Assembly (NCBI GenBank): GCA_905233995.1
Contig: CAJOGF010000002.1
Span: 23,661-70,580, forward strand
DNA length: 46,920 nt
Reading direction: 5' to 3'
DNA from: an uncultured Bacteroidales bacterium
GTDB lineage: Bacteria; Bacteroidota; Bacteroidia; Bacteroidales; UBA3824
The notes beneath the pieces were generated by a model. It did no database searches. It saw nothing but the letters and a program-made list of their open reading frames with translations, and was not told the origin of the DNA. Position numbers and translations under genes: made by a program. Numbering within the stretch: the first letter of the stretch is position 1; every line of letters starts with the position of its first letter. Below, piece after piece: positions 16,201 through 31,200 of this stretch.

Positions 16201-19200
16201 GTTCTCAACGTTAGTAGTTCTTGTTACAGAACATTTTGGATTATCCTTAACCACTACAGTCCAAGTAAGAATTGTAGAACCACGTCTTGCGCCTGAATAA
16301 TGGGTGCGATATGCAGTAGAGTTTTCAATTGAGAACTCTGAATATTCAGTACCCTTCTTAATCTGCCAATATCCAAGATACTTATCTGGATCGTATTCAC
16401 TTGCCTCAATTGTTCCGTCAGGACCGCAATCACCAAAGTAATCTGAAACATATACATCAGGAGCGATATTGTTAATAACAATCTGAGAAGAACCTTGACA
16501 GTTTTCTTTTGATGTTACAATCCATTCGATGATATTTTCACCCTTACTCAAGTTGGTAATTTGTGTCTGCCAATTGGTCTGCTGACCTTCAGCAAACTGA
16601 CCTGTACCTTTAACAACGTGCCAATAACCAGTGTAGTTATCAAGAGCCGGATCTTTAGAAGCGGTAAGGTTGTATTCATAACCGCACCAATCATCAACCA
16701 AAGTATTCGGCAACTGAGCACTCGGAACTAAGTAATCAATTGTTACAGGAGCAGAATTGCTACAACGTCCGTTTGTTACTGTCCAAGTAAATGCGTTCTT
16801 ACCTTTGTTAAGGTTCTCTACAGAAGAATTGTAGAGAGTATTATCAACAATGGTAACATCATTAGAACCAACCCAAGTACCTGTTTCACCGGCTTTGAGT
16901 ATACCATTCAACGAAGCCCTATCGTCACAAGTTGTACCGTCATAAGCCTCAGCAACAACCCTACTACTGATTACAGTTGCGTATGCCTCGTGAGGACATT
17001 CATTCTTAGTATATGTCCATCTCAAGTTAACAACTGCACCCGCTGCAATATGAAGTGTAGCATTCGGATTTGTACTTTCTTCGTCAGCAATCCAACCTTC
17101 ACCAGATTCAACAGTCCAGAAGCCCCCTCCTACTGCATAACTTGTAGCCTGAAGTACTTGGTAATCGTTACACAACTTCTCGTTTGCATCAATGTTGTAG
17201 TTTCCGTAGTAGTATTTATCGTCGCCACCATCTTCAACTTTCCACTGACGACCACCTGCGCTAAGGTTGAAGCCATTGTTAACAATTGTTACAGCCTTAG
17301 AATCTTCGCACTTAACGCCGCCTCTATCAAGTTTAACAGTCCAAATGTACTTCTCGTTGAAGTCAGGTTGAACGCCGTTAACCTCTGTAACAGATGCAGT
17401 AGAGTTCTTAATTACGCCTTGGTTAGACGGAGTTGCAGGAGACCAGAAACATTCAGCCTCGCTAAGTGCTGTTGCTTCGAGCATTACATTATCACCTGTA
17501 CAAGTATTAATGATGTCGTTTGCAACCTGTGCCTCAACATGGTTAGACCTTACACTTACAGTCTTAACATCGGTACAATTTTCGTTAACAAGACTTGTTA
17601 CTGTCCATTCTAACGTTGTGAATGCGTCAACTGCAAGATTTGTCAACTTAATCTTAGAACTTTCAGTCTCGCCCTCTATTTCGCCTGCACCGTCAATCTT
17701 TCTCCACTGACCTTTGCAACCACTCGGAAGTTGTGCTTGGAGTGTGTATTCAAGATCGCAAGTGTAGATTTGATTGTTTGCATCAACGTTAGCAATGTTG
17801 GTTTCAACCTTGTTGCTTACGATTGTTACCTCGTCGGTTGCTGAACATTCACCCTTAGAAACTCTCCAAGTGAATATGTTAGAACCTTGACTCAATTTCA
17901 AACCGCTGATTGTAACAGCCTCTGCTGTGCTTGCCATATCAACGTCATTAGAATACGGAGAACCTTTTATCCATTCTCCCATTGCTCCAGAACCTTCAAG
18001 GTTGTTAGCAGTGATAAGTTCTTTATCGTTGCAAGAGTAAATAATCTTCTTACCTTCATCGTTCTTAGCAACATTGATTTCGGCTTTAACAGTGTTGTTT
18101 ACAATTGCAACTTTCTCAGATTTAACACACTGACCTTCGCTTACTGTCCAAGTGAACATTGTAGAGCCAGCAGGCAAGTTGCTAACTTTTGCGTTTGCAA
18201 GTGATGGATTGTTATCTTCAAATACAACTTGGTCGGAAGCCGCACTCCAAACACCATGACCGCAATAAGCCTCAAGTGTAGCAGGGTCGGTTGCGTTAAG
18301 TTGAATTGTACCATCGCAACTTTGAGGTATAGCACCTATATGTGCCAAAACTTGATTGTTTGTAATCTCGATTTTGTCAGTAGTTTCACATTTACCTTTT
18401 CTTACAGTGAAAGTAAAGAGGTGAGTACCTTTGTCGAGTTTTGTTACCGTTACAACATTTGTAGAAGCATTCGGTGAGAATTCTGCGTTGCCTGACAAAG
18501 ACCATTCACATTCTTCATCACCATTGATGTTAACTGCTGCAAGAGTAATAGTACCATCGCAAGCCTCTCTTTCTGCTGTCAATCTGTCTGTAGTGATAAG
18601 AGCCTGTGTAGGATCGTTGTTAACGATAATTACACTTGTCTTATTATCACAAGACTTTTCGTTACCAGTCTTAGTTACAGTCCAAATGATTTCGTTTTCA
18701 CCTCTTAACAAGCCATTTACGGTTGTCATAGAAGATTCTTCAGCAGTGAATGTAACATCCTTATTGTTGCTTGACCACTTACCGGTGAAGCCTTCAGGAA
18801 GTGTACCTGTTAAATCTTCACGAGTATTACCGCAAATAGTTTCAGTACCAGTAGGAACTTTAGGTATTGACGGACTATACTTGAAGTTATTAACAACAGC
18901 CTCAACTTCATCGTAACATGTAGTCATTACATCATCATATATTCTCCATACGAGGGTTGAAGAAGCATTTTCGTCAACACCGTAGTAGATAGCGTTTTCA
19001 AGTGCGCTTGAAGATTGTTTGTTATCTTCAGAACCAAAGTATCCTGAGTAAGAATCAGCCTTCTTGTACCAATAGCCAACCATTCTTTCGTTATCTTTAT
19101 TAGCATGGAGTTCAAAATTACCATCACAAGATTCGTACTCTGTCTTAGCCTTCGGAAGCGGTTTGCGGTTGTAAAGTGTAATGACATCTTCAGCAGTACA

Positions 19201-22200
19201 CTTACTATCGCCTTCGCCACGAGTTTCAGTCCATTTCAATGTAACATTTTCAGAGAATGAAACTGCAATCTTGTTAGAAGTGCTATTGTCATTAGCAAAT
19301 GTTACTCCGCCAGTTGTTGCTTCCCACTGACCAGTACCTACTAATGTCTGAGCCTCAACAACTATATTGTCTTGACCGCAAACGTTACGATACTTAGCAA
19401 CATTGTCGGCTTCAAGGTCAGCGTCAACAGTGAATGTCTTATCTGAAATTGTTACAACTGAAGAAAGTTCGCACTTACCGTCTTGAGAAGTTACTGTCCA
19501 AGTAAAGTCGTAATCTCCACCAGTAAGACCAGTTACTTTAGTTGTATAAATGTCAGGACTTTCAATATTGTATTCACCGTTGCCCTTAGTCATAGTCCAC
19601 TTACCAGTAGCGTTGTAGTTAAGGTCGCTTGCGTCAGCAGTCAAAACTACTTCGTGTTCGCAAACTGTGCGTGATTGACCCGCATTAGTTGTAACAGCCG
19701 AATTAACGAATGTTACAGGGCTTGAAGTCTGAACACCACAATTTCCACCTTGAACATTCCAATAGAAACTTACAGAACCGTGAGGCAAGCCTTTAACTGT
19801 AATTGTTTCAGTGCTTACATTTTCAGGCATTTCTACCTCGTCAGGACGATTGCAAGTCCACCAACCGGTTGCACCAGATTCTTTGATGCTCTTAGCCTCA
19901 AGGTTGATTACCTCGTTGTCATCACAAATAGTTCTGTCCTCTGTAAATACCTCTGCTTTGTAAGAGGTGTTAGTAATCTTAACACTTACAGGGATTGAAC
20001 ATTCAGCCTCCTGATCGGGACGTTTCTTCTTGTAAACTGTCCAAGTGAAGGTAGCCGTTGTGTTCGGGATAAGGTTGCTAACCAATACTTGTTCATTAGA
20101 TTTTTCAGCATCGTAGCCGTTAGTACCCCAAGTCAAACCTTGAACATCTGAAGTCCATTCACCTCTTTCGTTATTATCAGTATTTGCAGCCTTAGCCGAA
20201 AGTGTGATGTAATCCTCACAAATAGTCTTGCTTTCGTTGTAGATTACAGGTTGATCAGGCAAGTTGTTTGTAATAACGATAGCCTTAGAATCCTCGCACG
20301 CATTAGAAGTTCTCTTAACGTGCCATACAAACTTAGTACCCTCGTTCTTCAAACCTTTAACAGTTACATTCGGGTCTTCAACTGCATTATCGAATTTCTC
20401 TGATACGAACTCAACACCGCTGACAACATCCCAATAGCCAGTTGCATCTGCCGGCTTAGTAGCGTTCATTGTGTATTCGTCGGTACACTCGGTGTAATCG
20501 TCAACACCAGCAGTAAATTCGTTATCGTTGAACATATCGTTAACAACAGTTACAAAATCTTGTTTTGTAGGACAGTTAACAACCTCGTTTCCTAACTCGT
20601 CTTTTGCAGCGTAGTAAACATTCCAAGAGAATTTGTACTCGCCTTTTCTTGTAAGACCATTAACCTTAGTTTCATAATTGGTAGAGTTTTGGATTACGCT
20701 CTGATCGATTGTGTATCCACTTGGAGCCTCCTCCAATTTCCAGTAACCTTTGGCGTTACCGCTAACGTTCTGAGCCTCAAGTTTAGTAGTCATAAGACCA
20801 TCAGGTGAACAGATTGTAATCTTATCAGTTACCACTTTAGCAGTTACATTCTGATTAGCAACGTTGATAACTCTTTGGTCTTGACAAATACCTTTTCTTA
20901 CAGTCCAAGTAAAGATGTCGCCAGTTGACGGAATTTCAACAGCCGTTACAGCGAATGCAGATGTTGTATTCATTGTTTCTTCACCAACCATGAACTTAGA
21001 GCCATTTTGTGAAGTCCAAACGCCAGTTGAACCAGGGAACTTATCGTAACTATTAACAACTTGCAAGTTAATCTTGTTGTCCTCGCAACTGTAGAGGTTG
21101 AGTTCAGGAATATCTCCTGCTTCAACATAGTTGTTAGTAATTGTGATAGAAGCCTCGCTTTGACATTCACCCTTAGTTAATGTCCAGTAGAAGATATTGT
21201 TGTTAAGATCAAGATTTGTATACTTAACTTCAGTAGTATTTTCGTCAGTATAACCTTCTGCGAGAGTTGCACCGCCGAGTTTTCTCCACTTACCAGTTAC
21301 TTTGCCTTGATCGAATGTTTCTTCATCGTACTTATCTGTTGTAAGAACAATTTCGTTGTTACAAGTTTCAGGTTCAGCCTTGATTCTTGCTGCAACAGGA
21401 TTGTTGTTAACAACAGTCAAAGTTGCAGGATATTCACAATGTTGACCATTTGCAACGCCATCAGAAGTGATTGTCCAAGTGATTGTATTAGGACCTCTTT
21501 CCAATGTAGCAGTTACAGAGGTTGTCTGACCATCTATTGCAGTGAACTCACCGTTCTTATCTGACGACCATACGCCGGTATAACCAGTTGCAGGCATTGT
21601 ACCTTCAAGGTCGATTTCAGTCTTACATGTTGTAGTTACGCCAGTCTTGCTTTCAACTACAGGATGGAAGTTGTAGTTTGTAACCGTAGCCTCTACAACA
21701 GTAGCACATTCAGTAAACTCGTTATCAGAAACAGTCCACAAGAGTTTAACTGTGCTATTGTCGTCCATTCCGTAGAAACGAGCGTTGATGTTTGTGGTTG
21801 AAACTTCGTCGTTATCGAAGTAACCGTTAACAGTTTCAACAGCCTTAGACCAAACACCTGTTGTACCATCTACAGCAGCAGTTGCAGTAAGTTGAGGAAT
21901 TTCGCCGTTGCAAGTATAGTATTCTTGGCTTGCATTAGCAACCGGTTTGCGGTTGTAAAGCGTTACTGAAGCCTCAGCACTACATTCTGCATAATCTTCG
22001 TGCCATACAAGTGTTACACCGTCCTTTGTAATACCCGAAGTAACATTAGTTATATAGTTAGTAGGATTATCAACTGTTACGCCGTTAGGAACAATCCAAT
22101 AACCTGTTGCATCAGTGTGCGGCAATGCAGCCGTCAAAGGTTTGTCAGTCGGAGTTGTTTCTCCGCAAACAAAACGTTGTCTTGCATACGGGATTTCATT

Positions 22201-25200
22201 GCCATTTTCGTCTTTAACAGCAGAGCCGTACATATCAGCGTATTCAACGTTGAAGCCGTTATGATGGATAGTAACTTCATCAGAGATTTGACAACCATGT
22301 TCAGAAGTTACAGTCCAACGGAACTTGTAATCGCCACTGGTCATACCATTAATAGCAGTATGATAAACACCTGTACTTTCGATAGTTACATTAGTCATAT
22401 TGTTTCCACTAATCAACTCCCACTTACCGCTGCCTAAGAACGACGGGTCAGTAGCAGTAAGACCATCATAATTTGACTTACACCAGTAAACATCGTCGCC
22501 AGCATTAGCCGATACTTTCTCGTTGTTAACGGTGATTGAAGCCTGATGTTTTGTTGCATCAAACGGACAAGAACCGTCAAGAACCCAAGTAAAGGTTGTA
22601 GGACCGTAAGGCAAACCTTCAACACTGATTTCGTTAGCCGAATTAGAACCCTCGTTAGTGAATGTTACAGGGTTAGTTGTTTCCCAGTGTCCGGGAACGC
22701 CGTATCTTTCTTTAGAGTCAGCAGCAAGCAACTTGTAAGCAACACCGTCAACAGTCTTGAGAGTATTATCGCAAGTTAAGATGCTTTGTTCTCCATCTGG
22801 AACTTTTGTCAAGATTTCAGCCTCGTAATCGCTGTTTGTAACCTTGATTTCTGCTCTTGAAGTACACTTACCAACGCCGTTATCTCTTTCAACAATCCAA
22901 GCAAATACTGCATCAGAGTTAGGTGTCAAGCCTGAAATTTCAATATGAGCATCTGTCTTAGCAGGCGAAATTGTACCACTCAAATTCTCCCAATGACCTG
23001 AACCTTCGCTTACCTCTCTTGCATTGAGCGGATAAGGCATACTACAGATTGAAATTGCATCACCTTCTTCAATAATAGCCTCGTCAACAGCATTGTTCTT
23101 AATCTGAACGTTTGCAGTTTGTGTACAACCGTAAGGATCAGTTACTGTCCAAGTAAAGTTGTTAGGAACTTTGTTGCTGAGCAATGAAACCTTAGTCTTA
23201 GGATCGGTTGAATCCTCAAACTGAGCCTTAGTGTCAACACTCCAAACACCACTCCAACCAATTTCGTTACCATTTTCGTCGATACGAACTTCAGAAGAAA
23301 GTGCATCGGCTTTCATAACATATTCGTCAGAACAGTTAAGACCATCAATTGACTCGGTGTGATTGTCTGCACCAGCGTATACAGAGAACTCTCTGTTAGT
23401 AACGGTGAACGAAGTTGCATTTTCGCAAACTTGACCGTTAGCAGTATGTCTAATAGTCCAGTAGAAAGTTGCAGTAGTACCCGGTTTCAAGAAACGGTAG
23501 GTTACAGACTTGTTTCCTTCAACTGAAATTATTCTATTGTTAGAATCATCACCAAACGAACCTGATTCAGCAGTTGTTGACCAAATGCCGACTGTATTCA
23601 TATCGTCCAAATCGTTGGTTGTAGTCATCGTGATGCCTTTGTCGCCATCGCAGATGAAGTTTGCATCAGGTTTAGCAAGAGCAATAAACTGATCGTTGTA
23701 AACCTTGATTTCATCGCTTTCCCAACATGTACCGTTGAATACGTTCCATCTCAAAGTTACACCGTTGTTTGTAACGCCACGAACCATTGTTACAGCCTCG
23801 TTGCTATTATCAAATGTGATACCTTCAACATTTTCTGGAACGGTCTGCCAATATTGTTCAACTACGCCGTTTGCAGGTGTTGAAGCATGGAGTTGATAAG
23901 CACCACCACATGCACTTGCAGACTTGCCGTTTTCGTTGTCAACATTAACATCAGCATCTACTGTAAACATTGCATTAGTAATGTTAACGATAGCAGCAGT
24001 ATCGCAAACTCTATCTAAATCAGCAGTTTCTCTGTAAACATTCCAAGCAAACGCATACTGACCATTCTGTGAAAGACCTTCTACTCTTGGAGTCTCGCTC
24101 TGAGAATCGAATGTAATAGTCTTAGAGTCATCAATACGTGTATCAGGATAAGACTCAAGTGTCCAATAACCCTTAGCACTTGAACCATACGAAGTGATTG
24201 AAGAAGCAACCAAGTCAACATAATTTTCACAAATTGTAGTATTACCGTTCTTTGTTGCAGCCTCAGGAAGAACTTGATGATTGTAAATTGTTACATCAAA
24301 TGCGTCATGACAACCACCCTTAGAAACTGTCCAAGTGAAGATTTCACTATTGTTCTTTGCTATATCAACAATTTCAATCTTATTATTAGTAGGATCGTTG
24401 CTGATTGTAGCATACTGACCATTAGTCTTCATTGTCCAAAGTCCGCTTGCCGAATTACCGTTATTGATTTTCTCGTTTTCAGCAGCAAGGATGTAAGAGC
24501 CACCGCAAGTATAAGCGTCTTGAGGTTGAGTTCCGAGTTTAACCTCGTTGTTAACAACTGTCAAGGTACTTTCTACATAACACTTGTCGTGTCCTGAACG
24601 GAAGATTCTCCAAGTCAAGAGATTATCATCAACGCTCATATTTTCAAGAGTTACAAGAGTTGAAGCACTAACACCGTCCTTGAACTGACCATCACGGTTA
24701 GTGTACCAATAACCTTCAACGCCATCAACTGAAGGCTCTTTTGCTTTGAGTTCTTTGCTACCGTCGCAAGTTTCAACAGGAGAAACACCTGAATTTGTCA
24801 AGATTTCAGGATAACCCGGATGAATATTGTCGATAGTTACCTCAACAAAGTTGTTCGTACATTTCTTATCGCCAATGTTGTTAAGAACAGTCCAACGGAT
24901 AACGTTCTGACCAAATTCAAGACCTTGAACCTTAGTCTTAGAATCGTTAACAACTTCAAACTTAACATCGGTAGAAGTTTCACATGTCCAAGTACCGGTG
25001 AAACCTTCTGACGGCATATAACCAGTGATTGTGGTGTCAAGACCGCAAACCTCTGTTGCAACATCAATAGAAGGTTTGTAGTAGTTGTTAACAACTGTTG
25101 CATAATCGTATGCAGGACAGTCTTTCTCTACATTATCAACATCAACGAACTTAGAAGTTACAGTCCAAACAAGTTCTACAGAAGAGTTAGCCGGAACACC

Positions 25201-28200
25201 AGTGTAAACTGCATTGTATTCGTCAATACCACTTTCGTTAGCATTGCCATTAAATGAACCCTTCAAAGTAGGACTCTTCTTAGACCAAACACCGTGAGTA
25301 CCGTCAGCGGTTTGTTTAGCGTTAAGAGTTACCGAACCGTTTTCTTCGCAAGTATAGTAAACCTCTTTGCCTGCATCAACAATAGTCGGTTGGATATTGT
25401 TGAGAGTGATGTTATCTTCAGCATGACACTCTTTGTAAGTTGCATGCCATGTAAATGTTGCTGAAGTGTTAACACCGAGGTCAACATTAGTATCGTAGTA
25501 TGACGGACTACTGATAGTTACTGTTCCGTCGTTAGGAACAACAGTCCAATAACCTTCGTATTCAGAAGCGATAAGTCTTGCCTCTTGACCGCAGATTGCA
25601 CGCTTCTTTGTATCATCGTCAGCAGTGTTATCTGCGTCAACTTTGAAACCGTCAGCAGAGATAAGAACCTCGTCGCTTGTCTTGCAACCTGAAAGAACGT
25701 TGCCAGCACCATCTTCTTTATAATGTTCTGAGTAAACAGTCCATGTAAACTGATATGCACCAGATTTCAAACCGCTGACTGCCGTGATGTAGTTTGTAGA
25801 AACATCAAAGGTTACATTTTCGTAATCAACGCCGCCTGTGCAATTCCAAACGCCATGACATTCTGACTTCGGATTTGTAGCAGTCAAAGATTCATATCTA
25901 CCGTTACATGTCCAATCGTCTGCGCCAGCATTTGTTTCAAGGCTTTCGTTGATAACAACGATTTCAGCCCAAGACTCAGAGCAAACATGGGCAGCATCCC
26001 AAGCATGCCATCTAAGAGTTGTACGTCCGTAAGGCAAGTTTTCAACTGTCATAATGTGAGATGTAACATCGTTTGCAAATGTTGCTTCGTTGACAGAAAC
26101 ATTCTCCCACCAACCGTCAACACCGTAGTCGGTCTTAACATCGTTAGCCTGAAGTTTGATATTATCTTTACAGATTACGATTTCCTTAGATTCTTTTGCT
26201 TTTACAGCAAACGGAACAGCAATCTTTGCATCGTACTTCATATTCTTAACAGTTACCTCTGCCTCAGATACACAGTCGTTGTTTGCGCCGTTAGGTCTTG
26301 AAATTCTCCAAACAAACTTCTGCGCTTGATTAGCAGCCAAGTTAGTTACAGTAATAATATTGTCGGTAGAAGTACCCTTTGTAAATTCAACCTGAGCCGG
26401 ATAAATCCACTGACCCATACCTTTACCTTCTGGGTCGTTAGCATTGAGGTCGAGATAATCACCACAAACAATATCGCTTGCAAGCGGAGTTATCGAAGCC
26501 TCTTTAACCTGATTGTTAATTATAGTAACCTCTCTTGAATCGGTGCAATTGTTAGCAGTTACAGTCCAAGTGAAAGTTGTCGGAGTTGTATTGTTCAACT
26601 CGCTAACCTTAGCATTTCTGTTAGTGCTTTCGTCTTCGCCGTCTACGTAAGTAACCTTTTGATCAGCCGTCCAATAGCCGGTTGCGCCAGTTACACCTTC
26701 AGGATAAGTTCCTTGTAATGTATATGTGCCTTCACAAGTTGCATTAGCATCGTTGCCCGCTGTGAAACTGAATTTGTTATTAGATACAGCAAAGGTCTTA
26801 GATGTTACGCAAGCATTATTGTGAACGGTATGTGTCAACGTCCATTTGAATGTTACGTTAGCACCGTTAGGTATGTTGTAGTATGTTGCGATAGAACCGT
26901 CAACCTCTGATACATGAGTTGCTGTATTATCTTCAAACGAACCACTTGCAAATGTAGTAGACCATTTTCCACTCAGATTTGCATTAAGGTCGTTGGTTGT
27001 ACGCATTGTAATATTACCTGTACATGTTATAGGTTCAACATCAACAGCAGGTGTTACTACATCGTTGAAGATCATTATTTCGTCAGAAGCCGTACATACA
27101 TCTGGTGCTGTGCCACGGCTAACCTGCCAAATAAGTTTTGTACCAAGTTCAGTAAGATTATCAACAGTTATCTTGCTCTCTTCAGAATAAACTTGACCGT
27201 CAGCAGTATACCATACGCCCGTTGAACCTTCTGGTTTAGTAGGCGTAATAGTAACGGTAGAACCGCAAACGCCAATTACTTTGCCGTCTTTTACAGTCTG
27301 TCCCTCAACACCGTTGGTATAGTTAGCAGCAGCATTAACAGTGAAGTTGTCGCGTGTTACTGTTACAATAACCGATTGAGGACAAACTTCGTCGCCGTCA
27401 ATTTCTCTGTAAACATTCCAAGAGAACTCATATTGACCATTTTCTGTAAGACCATTTACGATAGTCTTATAGTTAGTTGAGTTTGTGAATGTTACGTCTG
27501 CAACTTTTGTTGTTTCAACTTTCCATTCTCCATGAACATTATTTCCGTAAGTTGAAATCGGAGTTGCCTCAAGCATTGCTTGGTCGCCACAAGTATAAAC
27601 CGCTGAATTAACTAACTCTGCTTTTACAAAGTTGTTAGAAACGGTGATGTTTTGCGGAACCTCACAACTACCTTTCTTAACCGTCCAAACAAATTCTTCA
27701 GAAGTATTTGGTGTAATACCGCTAATTTCAACACGGTAATTTGTAGAATTTTCTCCTATTTCAATATTTCCAGATTTAGATGTCCATTCGCCAGTTGCAG
27801 TTTCACCGTTAAGGGCTTTATGATTAGAAGCCTCAAGTGTTATAGAACCGTTTTCAAGACAAGTAGATGCTGTTGCAGGTATAGGCTCACCAATATTAAT
27901 AGTATTGTTGGTTATTGTAATATTTGTTGATTCACTACACCAATTCTCTTCGCCTTGACGTGCAATTGTCCATGTGAAGACATTGTCGCCAGACTCAAGA
28001 AGTGCTGAAGAATTATCAATTACAACAGTTTCTGAAGTTGCATTATAAACACCCTTGTTGAGAACACCTCTGTTATCTGTCCACCAACCATAAACGTTTG
28101 TCAACGAAGACTTCTTAGCCTCAAGAGTTGCTGTGCCATCACAAGATTCTGTCTTCATTGTTGCAGCGATTTCAGGAGTACCCGGATTAACATTCTGAAC

Positions 28201-31200
28201 CTCTTTTGTTACAGAATTTTCAGTACATTTTTCATCGCCATCAATGTTGGTAACAGTCCACTGAATCTTATTATTTATGTATTGCAAACCATTAACTACG
28301 GTTGAAGAACTTTCTTCGTTTTCAAAACCAACGCCAAGACGTTGCGGAGTCCAACGCCCAGTGAAACCTTCGGTCGGTATAGAACCGATAACCTTAGCCT
28401 CTGTACCACAAACTTTAGCACCATTAGGTTCGTCAACAGTAATTTCAGGAGTAAACTTATTGTTGAAAACTGTTACAACCTTTCTGTTAGCACAGCCTTT
28501 GTCGTTAGTTACAACCCAATAGAGTTTTGCCTGACGCAATGCCGGATTAGTTTCTTTTGCATTCTCCTTACTGAAGGTAAATACGTTACCTTCAAGTGTG
28601 CCTGGCCATGTGCCTTCTGCAACTTCCCAAGAACCATTGTAAGAAGATGCTGGAGCATCAGACTTGAGTTCGATTGTACCTGAACAAGTATACTGTTTAG
28701 AAGGAGCAGTTGCCTCAGGTTCGGTATTGATAATAGTTATCTGGTCTGACTTCTTACAACCTCTGTAATCTTCACTCCAAGTGAAAGTTGCAGAACGATT
28801 GTTGCCAAGGTTGAAACTCAAAACATTGTTAGAAGATGCTGTTGCATAGTCTTCAACATAGTTTTCAATGCCAGTCCAATGACCATTTGCTCTTGACTCG
28901 GTAGCAGTTATCATAAATTCAGAACCACAAATCTCATGAATCTTCTTACCGTTTTCAACTTTTACGTCGCTACTATTATCAGCAGTGATGTCGTAATCGT
29001 TAGCATGAACGGTGATTTCCTTGATAGCCGCACAACCCGCTTTCTTTGCAGGGTCATTCTGACGTGCTGGTGATTCCAAAGTCCATTCAAATACATAGTC
29101 GCCTCGTTGTAAACCGCTAACGACTGTCTCGTTGCTTGTAGAATTATTGTAGGTTAAAGTATTTTCGTTGCCACCGAATGATGTGCAAGTCCAATAACCT
29201 TTAGCATTCCAAGATGAAGTCGGAAGTTCTGCTTCAAGTTCTGCTTTGTCATCACAAGTAGTAACCTCTGCATTTGCGTCAGTAGTAATTTGTTCGTTGT
29301 TGATAACAACTGTTGCAGGAACGGCTTCATCACAATTACCACCTTTAACATGCCAATAGAATGTTACTTCACCGTAAGGCAAGTTGTAAGCGTTAACTTT
29401 GTGATCAGAAGATGTCTTAGCAGTTGCATCAGAGTTATCACCAAAAGTAACTCTATCGCTACTTGCAGTCCACCAACCTTTTACTCCGTATTCTTTTTCA
29501 ACATCGTTTGCAGAAAGACCTTCAACGTAATTGTTGCAGATTGTCTTATCAGTTGTTGAAATTACGGATTTGTAATTCATATTAGTAATCACAACAGTCT
29601 TGTTGATGTCTTCATCAGCAGTAGAACGTCTGCAAACTACGTTGCCGTTATTGTCAAGACGCTCAATTACCCAATTGAACGAAGCCGAGGAATTAACCGG
29701 CAAGTTCGTTACCGTTATATTTGCATCTGTTGATACACAATCAACATATTCAACTGTTTTCGGAGTGATTTCCCAGTGTCCACCTTCTGCTGCAACAGCC
29801 GACAAAGTTTCTGTTTCTTTGCAAGTTGTCTTGCTTGTAGTATACACATCCGGAGCATCAACACCAAGGTTAGTGATTTCAACTATCTTAGACTTAGGAG
29901 CACAACCCTCAAGAGTTACAGTCCAAGTAAGACGGTTAACTTCCTTATTGCTCAACTTATTAACAGTAGTTGTCGGGTCTGTCTTGTCAACAAATTCAGC
30001 ACCTGTTTCAGCAGTCCATTCACCAGTAGCAGCCTCAGGTTTGGTTGCCTTGAGTTCATAACTGCTTCTGCAATTATCGGTTGTAGCGTTAACACCAGCA
30101 GTGAAATCAAAGTCGATATTCTTAACAACTTTTCTAATCGGATCAGATTCACAATAATCGTATGTATTAACACCATCAGTTACTTTAACATTATGTTTAA
30201 GCGACCAATAGAATGTAGCCTCAGTGTTGTAAGCCATGCCTTGGAATACAGCAGTCTTACCAGAAGCGGTAGAAACGATTACCGCCGGGTCGGTACTAAA
30301 TGTACCCTTAGAAACTGTAGACCAAACACCATCGTAATCACCATCTACCTCGTTACTTGTAGTAAGAGTTACTGTGCCATCGCAAGTTTGCTCGTCAACA
30401 GTTACTACAGCAGGAGTCTTTTCGTTGTAAAGTGTGATTTCGTCGTAATCGCTGCAAGTGCCATCGTTACGAGTCATTGTCCATCTAAGTGTAACACCAC
30501 TTGCAGGAATATTCTTAACAGTTGCAGTCGGCGAAGTGCTTTCACTTGCAGCAATGTAAGCCTCTGCTGACGAACCGTCAGTAAGTGTCCATGTGCCAGT
30601 AGCCTCAGCCTCAGTGTTAGCCAACATCTTGAACTCAGTACCGCAAACGTGAATTGCATTTTCAGTAAATCTTGTGTCAGCATCAGCCGAAACAGTATTG
30701 TTGTTAACAGTTACTACTCTGCTATCATGACAGATACCACCGTCAGTGTAACCGTCTTCACCAGAAATACCTGCCACTTTTCTGTAAACCATCCATTGGA
30801 AGATGTATTCACCGTTCTTTGTCATGTTTTCAACAGTTGCAACGTTGTTGTCAGAATTGTTGATAACAACCTCAACTGGCGAAGTCTTAACTGTCCACTC
30901 ACCAAATACCTCTGAACCAACTTCACCGTATGGAGAGAGCGGATCGGCTTTAAGAGTTGCTTTTCCGAAGTCAGACTTGCAAATCGGGTCAACAGGATAA
31001 ACTGTAGGAGTTACTTGATAGTTAGTAACTGCAATTTCTACATTGTCAGAACAATTACCTTTGTAAACTGTCCAAATAAACTTCTCTGTTGCTTTGAGCG
31101 GCAAATTAGAAACTTTTGCGTGATAATTGTCGCTGTTTTCGATTACAAGTGAAGTATTTTCAGCAGGAGTCCACTCGCCTCTTGTAACGCCAGTGTTATC

